From Rhodothermales bacterium (GTDB lineage Bacteria; Bacteroidota; Rhodothermia; Rhodothermales; JABDKH01), in contig JANQRN010000104.1 in the NCBI GenBank assembly GCA_028284545.1, positions 1 to 48,401 on the forward strand: DNA of 48,401 nt, in the 5' to 3' direction. The translations under genes and the position numbers were made by a program. Each line of letters opens with the position of its first letter. The stretch's first letter is position 1. Positions 27,941 to 36,359 of the stretch are shown here, one piece after another. The notes beneath the pieces were generated by a model that saw only the letters and a list, made by a program, of their open reading frames with translations, was not told the DNA's origin and did not search any database.

Positions 27941-30900
27941 TAGACGATGTGACGTTGCTCAAGGGCGCGACGGACAGCAAAGAGTAGAAGTGGGTGGATC
28001 CGATAGCGCGTGTCTGTGTCAATTCGGGCGAACTCACTCTGGCGGACTTGGTCTGTTTCGTCGCGCACCGGTGCGATCATGCGTCGATTCAACAGCGCTT
28101 CGAGTAAGAGGACGTTCTCGTCAGCATTCAGTCTGGCTATCCGGGCATGCTCGTCTGCCGTGAGCGTCTTATGAAACAGGAAGTGCTCAAGCGAGAAAGC
28201 CCATGCCAGCGGTTGTCGCGAAATCGCGTCGAATGACAGTGGGTTGACGGGCGAGACGACAACGGTGCTCGATTCGTCCTCGAACTGGCAAGCACTGACC
28301 CAGTAGTACAGCGCCAGCATGATGTTCTGTCCACTAACTCTCGCCAGTCGCTCGAAGAACACGTCCTGATAGTGGGCCTGCTGCTCTTCTGCTGACCGGC
28401 GGCGGCGCACCCACTGGCGCATCGCGTCCGTTTGCGTTTGCGGCGGTAGGAACCGCAGCTGCATGCCACTACGCCGATGTCGCGCAAGTACTACCTGCTT
28501 CAGCGAGGCGCCCGAAAACCGCTTGAGCGAGCGGTGATTGAGAAAACCCGACGCCGTTCCAGAGACACTTGATTGGATATAGCGCCAGGTCAGGTCGTTG
28601 GTCGCGGCCACCCAGAACATGGCCGTGTCAGTTCGTGAGAAGAAGAGCAGGACGCGCTCTATGAGCGTCGTCCCTTCCGCACAGCGAATGACCAGGTGCT
28701 CCAGGTTGTCGATCAGACAAACGCGCCCCCTCAACTCGGGTGTTTCCACGATCGCTGACTCCAGCGCCGAGAGCGAGTCGTACTCGTCAACGCTCAGGTT
28801 CAGTGCGGCAGCCAGATGTCGAGCGAAGGCGGGCTCGGACTCCAGCCTTTCGTCGAGGTCCAGTTTGAAAAAATGCGATGGGCCAAGCTCAGGAAACGCC
28901 TCCTGCGCGGCGATCGTCAGGAAGCTGGTCCGGCCGCTGCCCTGTGGCGCTGATACGATGACAGCTCCAGCGCGACCGGTTGTGATCCAGTGACGGTACT
29001 GTGCCGACATCCAGTCCAAGTCGTCGCGCCGCCCTTCGTGCAACGTAGGCTCGGAGAGGGGTTCAAACGAGAACAGGTGTCGGTAGATAAGTGGGAGGCT
29101 CTTCCGCACCTGCGCAACGTCAGACAAGGCGTCTATCGCGGCGGTCAGATCCTGTTCGGTCCCGTGCGGACCGCCAACCGCCGATTGTCCCAGACGAACC
29201 AGCTTGCGTGCTTTGAGAAGAGTCCTTCTGCCGAAGTTCCGGAGTCGCGTCACACCTGACTGTACACTGGCAGCCACGGAGCGGCGGTAAGACTCAGCCT
29301 GGCGCTGAAGACCCGCGATTCGATCTTCCCACTGCTCCTGGCCATCGTCGTCGGTTCGCAATCGGCGAAGCACCGCGATCCACTGTGACTGAACCTCCTC
29401 GACTGTGGCCGAGGCGAACTGCCCCCAAGGCGGTCCGAGCGTACTTCGGATGTCGCTGAGCAACTCCACGGCTCGCGTCAGGCCGACGTCAGAGAGCTCT
29501 CTGGCGCGACTCGCGGCACGAACACTGTCTTCGACCCCGCCCGCGGCGGACGCGTCGTCTGCGCCCTCGCTCTCATCGCCGTCCCGGATCACGCCCACCT
29601 CGTTGACCGCGGCGTCCAGGTTGAACAACACGACGTTCTGAACCTCCTCTATCCGCGTCCACGAGGTGCGAAGCTGGGAGCGAAGCGGGGCCGCACCAGG
29701 CTCCAGTCGACGACCCAGCGGGCCAAGCGATCGTTTGACAACATCTCGAAAAGCAACGCTTTTCGTGCGCGCAAGAGGATCCACTGTGCTCGCAGTCGGG
29801 TCAGGGAGCGCATGGATCGTCAACGTTTCAGGAAGCGTATCGAGGCTGCGTAGGAACGCGGTCCAGATCCCGCTTCCAGGCTGGACAAGAGCCTCGTCTG
29901 CGGCCACAAGTCCGGGCATCTCTCGAAGCATCCGGGTGAAGTGGCGACCCGCTCGGAGCCGAGTCATTCGCAGGTCCCGGTAGAGCGTGTCAATGTCTCC
30001 GCCACCCTCGGCGGCCTCGCAAGCGTTGTTGGTCTCGGACGCAAAGCGTGCAAGTTCAGCTTCGATTTCGTCCGTAGTCGTCAGTATCGGGTCAACAGAC
30101 TTGCGCGCCACCGTGCCGAGTATGGACTCCTCGGTCTCCAGCAGTCGCCGACGCATTGCGAGCATCTGGTTGCCAAGCTCGAGGCGATCTGTGACCTGCG
30201 CGAACCACTTCTCCCACATCTCCCGAGTTCGACGTGCTCGGTCAGCGGGCGCATAACCCTCGACGCTGCTTCCGGATTTTCCTCTAATGCGTCCTCCTCG
30301 GGACTGCGCATCAGCCAGGTCGGTGCGTAGCCTACGATCGGCAAGCTCCACGAGAGATGCTTCCACCTCAGGGATCGAAATGTCGGCGGCTGTCAGCTGA
30401 TCGAGCGAGGCGTGCAACTTTTCCGCGGTGTCTCGAGCTCCGGCAATGGCCTTTTCGGCCGACGTCTGTTCACCGTCGTCCTCGGGCGAATCGGGGTCGC
30501 CATCATCGTTCGCGCGTGCCAAGTTTCTTACTTCGGTGTAGTCGCGCACCGCCACGGTGTCGATCCCTCGTTCAGCTACGAGCATGGACCGGACCCAGCT
30601 GCTGATCGATCTTTCGATTTCGACACCGACTTGCGCGTAGTGCGACTGAAGCGACTCGTAGACCGGCGTGTACAGGAGCGGTAGTCGGGCACCGATGTGG
30701 TATCCGATCAGACTTCGTAAGGGGATGCCCCCGACTTTTTCGTTGGTTTCGTCTTGTCCGCGCAGTCGGGTGAAGAGGCTGCGCGCCCAACCCCCGAAAC
30801 CGCCACGCTTATTGCCCGGATAAGAGTCAGGATTGTCGGGCAACGGAATCCACTCCGGCAGTGCTTCCTGGATCAGAACTCCGTCTTGCAGAAACCGGGC

Positions 30901-31236
30901 GTGCGCCTCTCCGAGCAACGACGGCGGCGGTTGCTGACGGAAGTGCTCCAGCAGTGGTTTTAACACGTTGTCGTGGACAGCGCGGCGGTAATCGACGATC
31001 GCTTGCCAAACAGACTCCTCGTCCGCTTCGGCGGCCCGTAAGTCCGAGAGGGCGCTGACGTGTGCACCGGTTGCCTCTTCCAGCAGGTTGTGTAGCGGAG
31101 TCTGAACGTCGTCATTGATCGACTCCTTCCATTCGGCAACAGCGGCATCCAGTAGATCGCTCGCCTGCTTCAGGTACCTGTCGAGATCTGAAGGCGCTGG
31201 AGCCGTCTCTGAAAGAGTGGCTGACGGCTCATTCAT
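27937..31236 (-). CDS. Large (1099-aa) acidic coiled-coil protein with a C-terminal P-loop NTPase-like domain that bears a deviant Walker A
   Basis: The first roughly 700 aa are alpha-helical and acidic with no obvious catalytic motif. The C-terminal region carries a Walker A-like AVIVSAPQGSGRTSF in which Arg sits at the canonical Lys position. A Walker B-like hhhhD motif (RVCLIDNLEHLV) follows. There is no transmembrane segment. The start codon overlaps the stop of the upstream MscS-family gene by 8 nt (ATGAATGA). Confidence 0.6.
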   Translation of the reverse strand: MNEPSATLSETAPAPSDLDRYLKQASDLLDAAVAEWKESINDDVQTPLHNLLEEATGAHVSALSDLRAAEADEESVWQAIVDYRRAVHDNVLKPLLEHFRQQPPPSLLGEAHARFLQDGVLIQEALPEWIPLPDNPDSYPGNKRGGFGGWARSLFTRLRGQDETNEKVGGIPLRSLIGYHIGARLPLLYTPVYESLQSHYAQVGVEIERSISSWVRSMLVAERGIDTVAVRDYTEVRNLARANDDGDPDSPEDDGEQTSAEKAIAGARDTAEKLHASLDQLTAADISIPEVEASLVELADRRLRTDLADAQSRGGRIRGKSGSSVEGYAPADRARRTREMWEKWFAQVTDRLELGNQMLAMRRRLLETEESILGTVARKSVDPILTTTDEIEAELARFASETNNACEAAEGGGDIDTLYRDLRMTRLRAGRHFTRMLREMPGLVAADEALVQPGSGIWTAFLRSLDTLPETLTIHALPDPTASTVDPLARTKSVAFRDVVKRSLGPLGRRLEPGAAPLRSQLRTSWTRIEEVQNVVLFNLDAAVNEVGVIRDGDESEGADDASAAGGVEDSVRAASRARELSDVGLTRAVELLSDIRSTLGPPWGQFASATVEEVQSQWIAVLRRLRTDDDGQEQWEDRIAGLQRQAESYRRSVAASVQSGVTRLRNFGRRTLLKARKLVRLGQSAVGGPHGTEQDLTAAIDALSDVAQVRKSLPLIYRHLFSFEPLSEPTLHEGRRDDLDWMSAQYRHWITTGRAGAVIVSAPQGSGRTSFLTIAAQEAFPELGPSHFFKLDLDERLESEPAFARHLAAALNLSVDEYDSLSALESAIVETPELRGRVCLIDNLEHLVIRCAEGTTLIERVLLFFSRTDTAMFWVAATNDLTWRYIQSSVSGTASGFLNHRSLKRFSGASLKQVVLARHRRSGMQLRFLPPQTQTDAMRQWVRRRRSAEEQQAHYQDVFFERLARVSGQNIMLALYYWVSACQFEDESSTVVVSPVNPLSFDAISRQPLAWAFSLEHFLFHKTLTADEHARIARLNADENVLLLEALLNRRMIAPVRDETDQVRQSEFARIDTDTRYRIHPLLLFAVRRALEQRHIVY

Positions 31237-32332
31237 CGTCAGTCACCGATATGTTGCCATGGCGGGGTGGGGGATCCCGCTTCTCAAGCATCCCTTCGCG
31301 CAGGTATTCGCTCTTCGCACGCTCGGTGATGTCACTTGAGAAGACCTGCTCATAGCGAGTGTCCAGAACGTATGCCTTCACGATGATCTTCGTAAGGAAT
31401 CCGTAGTCGTAGTGGTCCTCCACAAGGACAACGATGGGCTTCTTCAGGTACACGTACTTCGATGTGGCCGCCGCGTCGTAGGCAATGCGTTTGGCCCGCT
31501 CGACGTCTATCGATCCCGGCAAGAAAATCTCCGTCACGACCTGGCAATCCAGGGCACCCGCGTTTGCATTTGCGACCTGCCCGTTGACCACTTGTGTGTT
31601 TGGAACGGAGACAAGGTTGTCGTCTGGTGTCACGATTCGCGTTGACCGCAAACCGATGGACACAACCTCGCCGTACGTGCCCTCGATGCGCACCTTGTCG
31701 CCCACCTGAAACGGTTGGTCCAGTATTATCATTATGCCGCCGAACACGTTCTTGAGGGCATCCTGCGCCGCAAATCCTACGGCCACGCCGATTGCTCCGC
31801 CAGCAACGATCAGCGATTCCTCGTCAAAGAGAAAGACAAACCGGAAGATGTAGTAGGTGGCGATGCTCCAGACGATTATCCGCACTATGGGGATCGCCTT
31901 CATGTACCCCATTCTGCGGGTCGCGCTGCGCTCAGCTCTAATCGCGAGAATCCAGACCGAGAACCTGATCGCGTAGTACGCGATTAGCAGAATCACAAGC
32001 GAGCGCAACAACTTCCATCCGAGGTCCGCGAAGAACTCCTCAAATCCTCCGCGTCGGCCGGTGTCGCGACGCAGCTCGGTGATCCTGGCCGACAGAGTGT
32101 CCAGATGCGTGACGATCGCGTCGAGTTCTGCACGAGCAATGCTGTCGGCCCGTGCTTGCTCGGCCTCTGCTAGTTCGGCCTCTAACGTGCCAGACTCAAT
32201 CCTAGCCTTTTCAGCGTCCGAACTCGTTCGGTCCAGCCACCCGCACCCAGAGGAGGAGGCGGTGACTAGAAGCAGGGCTACGACCAGGAGGTGCCGCCTG
32301 CGCCAATTTGGGCCGTTGCGAAAGAAATCCAA
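31229..32332 (-). CDS. MscS-family mechanosensitive channel with an N-terminal lipoprotein-type signal and a periplasmic coiled-coil
   Basis: A lipobox-like LVTASSSGC lies near the N-terminus, followed by a coiled-coil of about 60 aa (TLEAELAEAEQARAD...). Transmembrane helices follow, then a conserved MscS beta-domain (ILDQPFQVGDKVRIEGTYGEVVSIGLRSTRIVTPDDNLVSVPN). The gene is translationally coupled to the 1099-aa gene downstream. Confidence 0.8.
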   Translation of the reverse strand: MDFFRNGPNWRRRHLLVVALLLVTASSSGCGWLDRTSSDAEKARIESGTLEAELAEAEQARADSIARAELDAIVTHLDTLSARITELRRDTGRRGGFEEFFADLGWKLLRSLVILLIAYYAIRFSVWILAIRAERSATRRMGYMKAIPIVRIIVWSIATYYIFRFVFLFDEESLIVAGGAIGVAVGFAAQDALKNVFGGIMIILDQPFQVGDKVRIEGTYGEVVSIGLRSTRIVTPDDNLVSVPNTQVVNGQVANANAGALDCQVVTEIFLPGSIDVERAKRIAYDAAATSKYVYLKKPIVVLVEDHYDYGFLTKIIVKAYVLDTRYEQVFSSDITERAKSEYLREGMLEKRDPPPRHGNISVTDDE

Positions 32333-32434
32333 GGATTGCGCAGCCCGCTAGTGAACAGAAGCGGCACAAGATAAACGACAGCCGCCAATGGTCTTACATT
32401 TCAGTCCCACCGACACCGACGAGAGGAATCCGAA

Positions 32435-33370
32435 ATGGCACAAGACGCCATTACAAGCGTCCCGCAGGACGCTGCCGTAGACAGCCTGGCCGCAACAACT
32501 CCGGCGGGCGACGCGCCCTTTTCGACGTTCTCCGACATATTCTCGCTCGCTTTTGCCAGCTCTCTCGGGGTTGTCCTCTTGCGCATATTGTTTATCGTAC
32601 TCGGGGCTTTCCTGGTCGGCAAGCTAATCGACCGTGTTCTCAGACGCTGGGTCCGGCGATATGATGATGTGCCGGCGCTTGATCCGCGTCGACAAAGGGC
32701 GCTCACTCTCGCGAATCTCCTCGGCTCAACATCGCGCTACGTGATCTGGCCGCTGGCCGTCATCATGATTCTGAGCGAGATGCGCATCGACGTAGCCGCG
32801 CTCATCGCGACGGCTGGGATTGCGGGTCTTGCGGTGGGCTTTGGTGCGCAGACGCTTGTCAAGGACGTGATATCCGGAGTGTTTCTGCTGTTCGATAACA
32901 CCATCGCCATCGGCGACCGCGTTCGTATCGGGACGGATTACGGGACGGTTGAACACATTGGCGTGCGCCTCATCAAGGTTCGCAAGTTCGACGGCGAGCT
33001 CATGATGGTGCCGGCAGGTGAGCTTCGCGTGTTCGGCAACACGAGTATCGACTTCTCGCGCGCGATCGTCGAAATCGGCGTAGCATACAAGGAGGACATC
33101 GCCCAGGTCTCCGAAATCTTGGAGCAGGTGGCCAGGGGTTGGATGGCCGACAATGCCGACGTCCTGAAAGAGGAGGACCCCAACGTGCTAGCCATCATGG
33201 GGTTTGCTGACTCTGCGATTCTCGCAAGGGTCGCCGTGACAGTTGTGCCGGGCGAGCAGTTTCGTGCGGAGCGGGAAATGCGCGTCGCACTCAAGAAGGC
33301 CTTCGATGATGCCGGAATCGAAATACCGTTTCCGCAGCGCACGGTTCACGTAACCAACGTGGCCGATTGA
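32435..33370 (+). CDS. MscS-family small-conductance mechanosensitive channel
   Basis: The protein has transmembrane helices and the MscS signature (FDNTIAIGDRVRIGTDYGTVEHIGVRLIKVRKFDGELMMVPAGEL). It is divergently transcribed from the other MscS gene. Confidence 0.8.
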   Translation: MAQDAITSVPQDAAVDSLAATTPAGDAPFSTFSDIFSLAFASSLGVVLLRILFIVLGAFLVGKLIDRVLRRWVRRYDDVPALDPRRQRALTLANLLGSTSRYVIWPLAVIMILSEMRIDVAALIATAGIAGLAVGFGAQTLVKDVISGVFLLFDNTIAIGDRVRIGTDYGTVEHIGVRLIKVRKFDGELMMVPAGELRVFGNTSIDFSRAIVEIGVAYKEDIAQVSEILEQVARGWMADNADVLKEEDPNVLAIMGFADSAILARVAVTVVPGEQFRAEREMRVALKKAFDDAGIEIPFPQRTVHVTNVAD

Positions 33371-33371
33371 G

Positions 33372-36341
33372 CTAGAACGGCACGGTCGCGCGGATCCGAT
33401 AGTACAGTTCGTGCTTGTCGGTGCCGACGTCACCTGCACGCTGCGCCAGGCCGGCGGCATGCATAATTGTGATGTAGTCCCGGATCGAGACCGCGTTCTT
33501 CAATTCAACGCCGACACCCAGCCTTCGATCTCCATTGCGTAGAGCGTGCTCCGGGTAGACCAGCGCACCGTCCGCAAAGACGGAGACCGAAGTCGCGCCA
33601 AAGGAAACCAGACCCAGCAGCTGTGTGCGCAGGGAACGCGCAACGGGGACGCGGTACTCGATACTTGAAAACCAGACGCTCTTGCCCACAACGACTTCTC
33701 GATATCCACGCACTCGCTCGACATCCGAGAACGAGATCTCCAGGATATCAGGTGCGAGAAGCTGAAACTCGTCGTAGCGAGACAACCCGATGAAGTTCTG
33801 CGCAAGCGTCTCGCCGCGCTGGTATTGGACGCGTCCGTATGCGAAGAGTCGAGAGTTCCCGATGGCAGGCATGATTCCGTACGCAGCGGCGCCAAGACGC
33901 ACAAAGCCCGTCCGGCCACTGAAGGAGCGAAGTCCGGCCATCGCACGCAAACGAAGCCCCACGCCGTCGAGCGGGTGGACAACGTTGTGTCGGTAGGGTC
34001 GTTGTCGCGTGACGCGAAACGATAGTCGGGCGTCAGCCTGGTGGCCCGCCTCGGGTTGCGGAAGCCGTCCGTCAGAGAAGATGTCTTCGTTCAGCGGCTC
34101 GACATCCACGTATCTGGTCCGCAAGCTAATCGAGCTGCGCACGTACGGCGCGCTCGTCAGGGTGAGCGGCCATCGCGTCGTCAGTGACACCTTTGTCGCG
34201 CGCTCGCGCAGCAACTCATTGCCGTACGGGCGAACGATGTCCGGTAGATACTGGACAACGGTTTGAATCAGCGGGGCATACTGGTTGTTGATATATGCGA
34301 CCTGGACGCTGGACTTCCGCAGTGGGTCTGTAGCGGATACGGCCAGCACGACGCCGAGGCTGTGTTTTCCGAGAGGTTCTGTCCACGCGGTTATTCCGGT
34401 GAGTCCGTAGTTGTCGGTTGACGTGTAGTACGGAACCGCTATCGAGAAAACGTGGGTCAGGTTCGACAGCGCGTTGTAGCGAGTCCTCTTCGTTACGACT
34501 TCCGGTCGTACGGCTACGCGTGACGGGACTACTGCCGGCGGACGATGGCGGGCCCAGTCTCCAAATCCCGGCGGCAGGTCTGGTTCAGGTTCAGGTACGA
34601 TGCGTGCGCCGGGTATCATATACAATTGGTCTCGCACCTTCGAGTACGCGATACGCACAGCAAGCGAGCCGGCCGGTGTCCAGTCAAACGCATCGGCGCC
34701 TGTTGCAAGGGCGGTTACGCGCCTGGTCGCGGTGTCGGTGCCGGGTTCCAGCGCAAAGACGTTCGGCACACCGTCGCGCAATGAGGTGAACGCAAGTTCT
34801 TCACCCGAGGGTGACCACAAAGGCCTGCGGTCGTCATGCTGACCATCCGTAACGGATTTGACCTCGCCCGTCGAGACGTTGGCCGTTTCGATCACGCGCC
34901 GTCCTTCAGCATCAAACCTGCCGTATGCAATGATGTCGCGACTTGGGTGCCAGTCTATCCGACCAATCTGCGAGTCTCCTTTGAAGTCCGTGAGACGAGC
35001 TTCCTGGCCCGAGTTCAGGTCGAGCACGTAGAGGTTTCCGGTGCCGCGATACGATCCCACGAACGCCAGTCGCTTTGCGTCTGGTGAGAAACTGGGGAAG
35101 GCGGCTCGCCGCGAATGCGTAAGTCGCGTGCGACGGCCGGAGGTCAGGTCCACAAGGAACAGGTCGTTCAGCAAGGAGCCATTTTCGCCACGAACCTGGC
35201 GTGTGTAGGCGACCTTGCTGCCGTCGGGAGCGACGGATATCTGGTCCTTCACCGCTCCGTCGACAACGACACGCCAATCTTTGGAACGCCCGCTTCGCAC
35301 GAGCAGCTGCGTCAACGGGCGGTCCAGTGATCGCAGCGAGACAACCGCCTGGGTAGCGCCGTTCGTGGATGCGCCGAAGTCGCGGATATACTGCCCGGGG
35401 ATCGCCGCTGGCTTCACGCCGAGCGAGTCGGCGTTTTCCATCTGGCCGGCGAGCGTGTTGTACTGCACGTTGATGTGCCGACGCCATTTGTCGTAGAAGT
35501 CGCGATACGATTCGCCTGTTACGCTCCTGAAGGCGTAGCCAAAATCATGAATGCGCACGCCTGGGAAGACACGGCGACGGTGAGACAGCAAACGCGCAAG
35601 CGTTGAATCGCCGTACTGGGTAGCGAAGTAGCGTACCTGCGCGTTACCCACCGAATACAATAGACGTCCGTTCCAGACCGATCGGCCGTCGTTGTAGGAC
35701 AGTCGATCGTCCAGGACGGCTGTCCGCAGCCAGCGTTCTCCGCGATATGCGTCCCACTTCTCGGTCTGGTACTGCGCCAGACCTTCGGTCCAGAATCTTG
35801 GTAGTGCCAGTCCGAGATCAAAGGGGCGGAATCGCGAGCGCACTGCCCGATAGTGGAAGATGTGCGCGAGCTCATGTGAGACCACCTTCCGGATCCACTT
35901 GTCCGGTCCCGTCCAGACTTCGGCGGCGTCGTTGAGGTGGACCCAGATGTTTGTGTGGCCGGTGCCAACGGGCACGGCAAACCCGTTTACGATCTCGTCT
36001 TCGTCAGAGAGATAGATTCGAATCTTCTTGTCGAATGAGACGCCGAGATTTGACGAGAGCGCGGCGTATGTCTCCTCTGCAACCGCGGCGGCCTCGACCT
36101 CAACACCAGCGATGCGGTTCGGGTACACGATGACGAAGTGTTCGGTCTCCGCCTGTCGCCAGTTGATTTCCGGGTGATTTCGGCCATTCATCGACAGGTA
36201 TCCCTGCGCCACCGCTGTCATCGGGGCGAAAACGCCCAGGCAGAGCGCGAGGACGGAAATGCCGGCCGCTATTGACCTGCAGGTGTGCAAAAAGGAAGTC
36301 GGGATGGTGATTCGGGCCAGAAGAGTGCGAGCAGCAAACAC
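33372..36341 (-). CDS. Large secreted protein (paralog 2) with a Peptidase_MA_2-like domain, a PD40 beta-propeller and a C-terminal beta-barrel
   Basis: The signal peptide reads ...ISVLALCLGVFAPMTAVAQG. The HExxH motif is HELAHIFHY, with a downstream TEGLAQY. PD40 repeats are present (APDGSKVAY, FSPDAKRLAF, WSPSGEELAF). The C-terminus is beta-strand-rich and ends in an aromatic residue (...RATVPF). Conserved blocks match the 7464..10544 gene (TEHF.I.Y, HEL.H, WL....L.DD). Confidence 0.7.
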   Translation of the reverse strand: MFAARTLLARITIPTSFLHTCRSIAAGISVLALCLGVFAPMTAVAQGYLSMNGRNHPEINWRQAETEHFVIVYPNRIAGVEVEAAAVAEETYAALSSNLGVSFDKKIRIYLSDEDEIVNGFAVPVGTGHTNIWVHLNDAAEVWTGPDKWIRKVVSHELAHIFHYRAVRSRFRPFDLGLALPRFWTEGLAQYQTEKWDAYRGERWLRTAVLDDRLSYNDGRSVWNGRLLYSVGNAQVRYFATQYGDSTLARLLSHRRRVFPGVRIHDFGYAFRSVTGESYRDFYDKWRRHINVQYNTLAGQMENADSLGVKPAAIPGQYIRDFGASTNGATQAVVSLRSLDRPLTQLLVRSGRSKDWRVVVDGAVKDQISVAPDGSKVAYTRQVRGENGSLLNDLFLVDLTSGRRTRLTHSRRAAFPSFSPDAKRLAFVGSYRGTGNLYVLDLNSGQEARLTDFKGDSQIGRIDWHPSRDIIAYGRFDAEGRRVIETANVSTGEVKSVTDGQHDDRRPLWSPSGEELAFTSLRDGVPNVFALEPGTDTATRRVTALATGADAFDWTPAGSLAVRIAYSKVRDQLYMIPGARIVPEPEPDLPPGFGDWARHRPPAVVPSRVAVRPEVVTKRTRYNALSNLTHVFSIAVPYYTSTDNYGLTGITAWTEPLGKHSLGVVLAVSATDPLRKSSVQVAYINNQYAPLIQTVVQYLPDIVRPYGNELLRERATKVSLTTRWPLTLTSAPYVRSSISLRTRYVDVEPLNEDIFSDGRLPQPEAGHQADARLSFRVTRQRPYRHNVVHPLDGVGLRLRAMAGLRSFSGRTGFVRLGAAAYGIMPAIGNSRLFAYGRVQYQRGETLAQNFIGLSRYDEFQLLAPDILEISFSDVERVRGYREVVVGKSVWFSSIEYRVPVARSLRTQLLGLVSFGATSVSVFADGALVYPEHALRNGDRRLGVGVELKNAVSIRDYITIMHAAGLAQRAGDVGTDKHELYYRIRATVPF

Positions 36342-36359
36342 GGCACCAATTTAGGCTCT

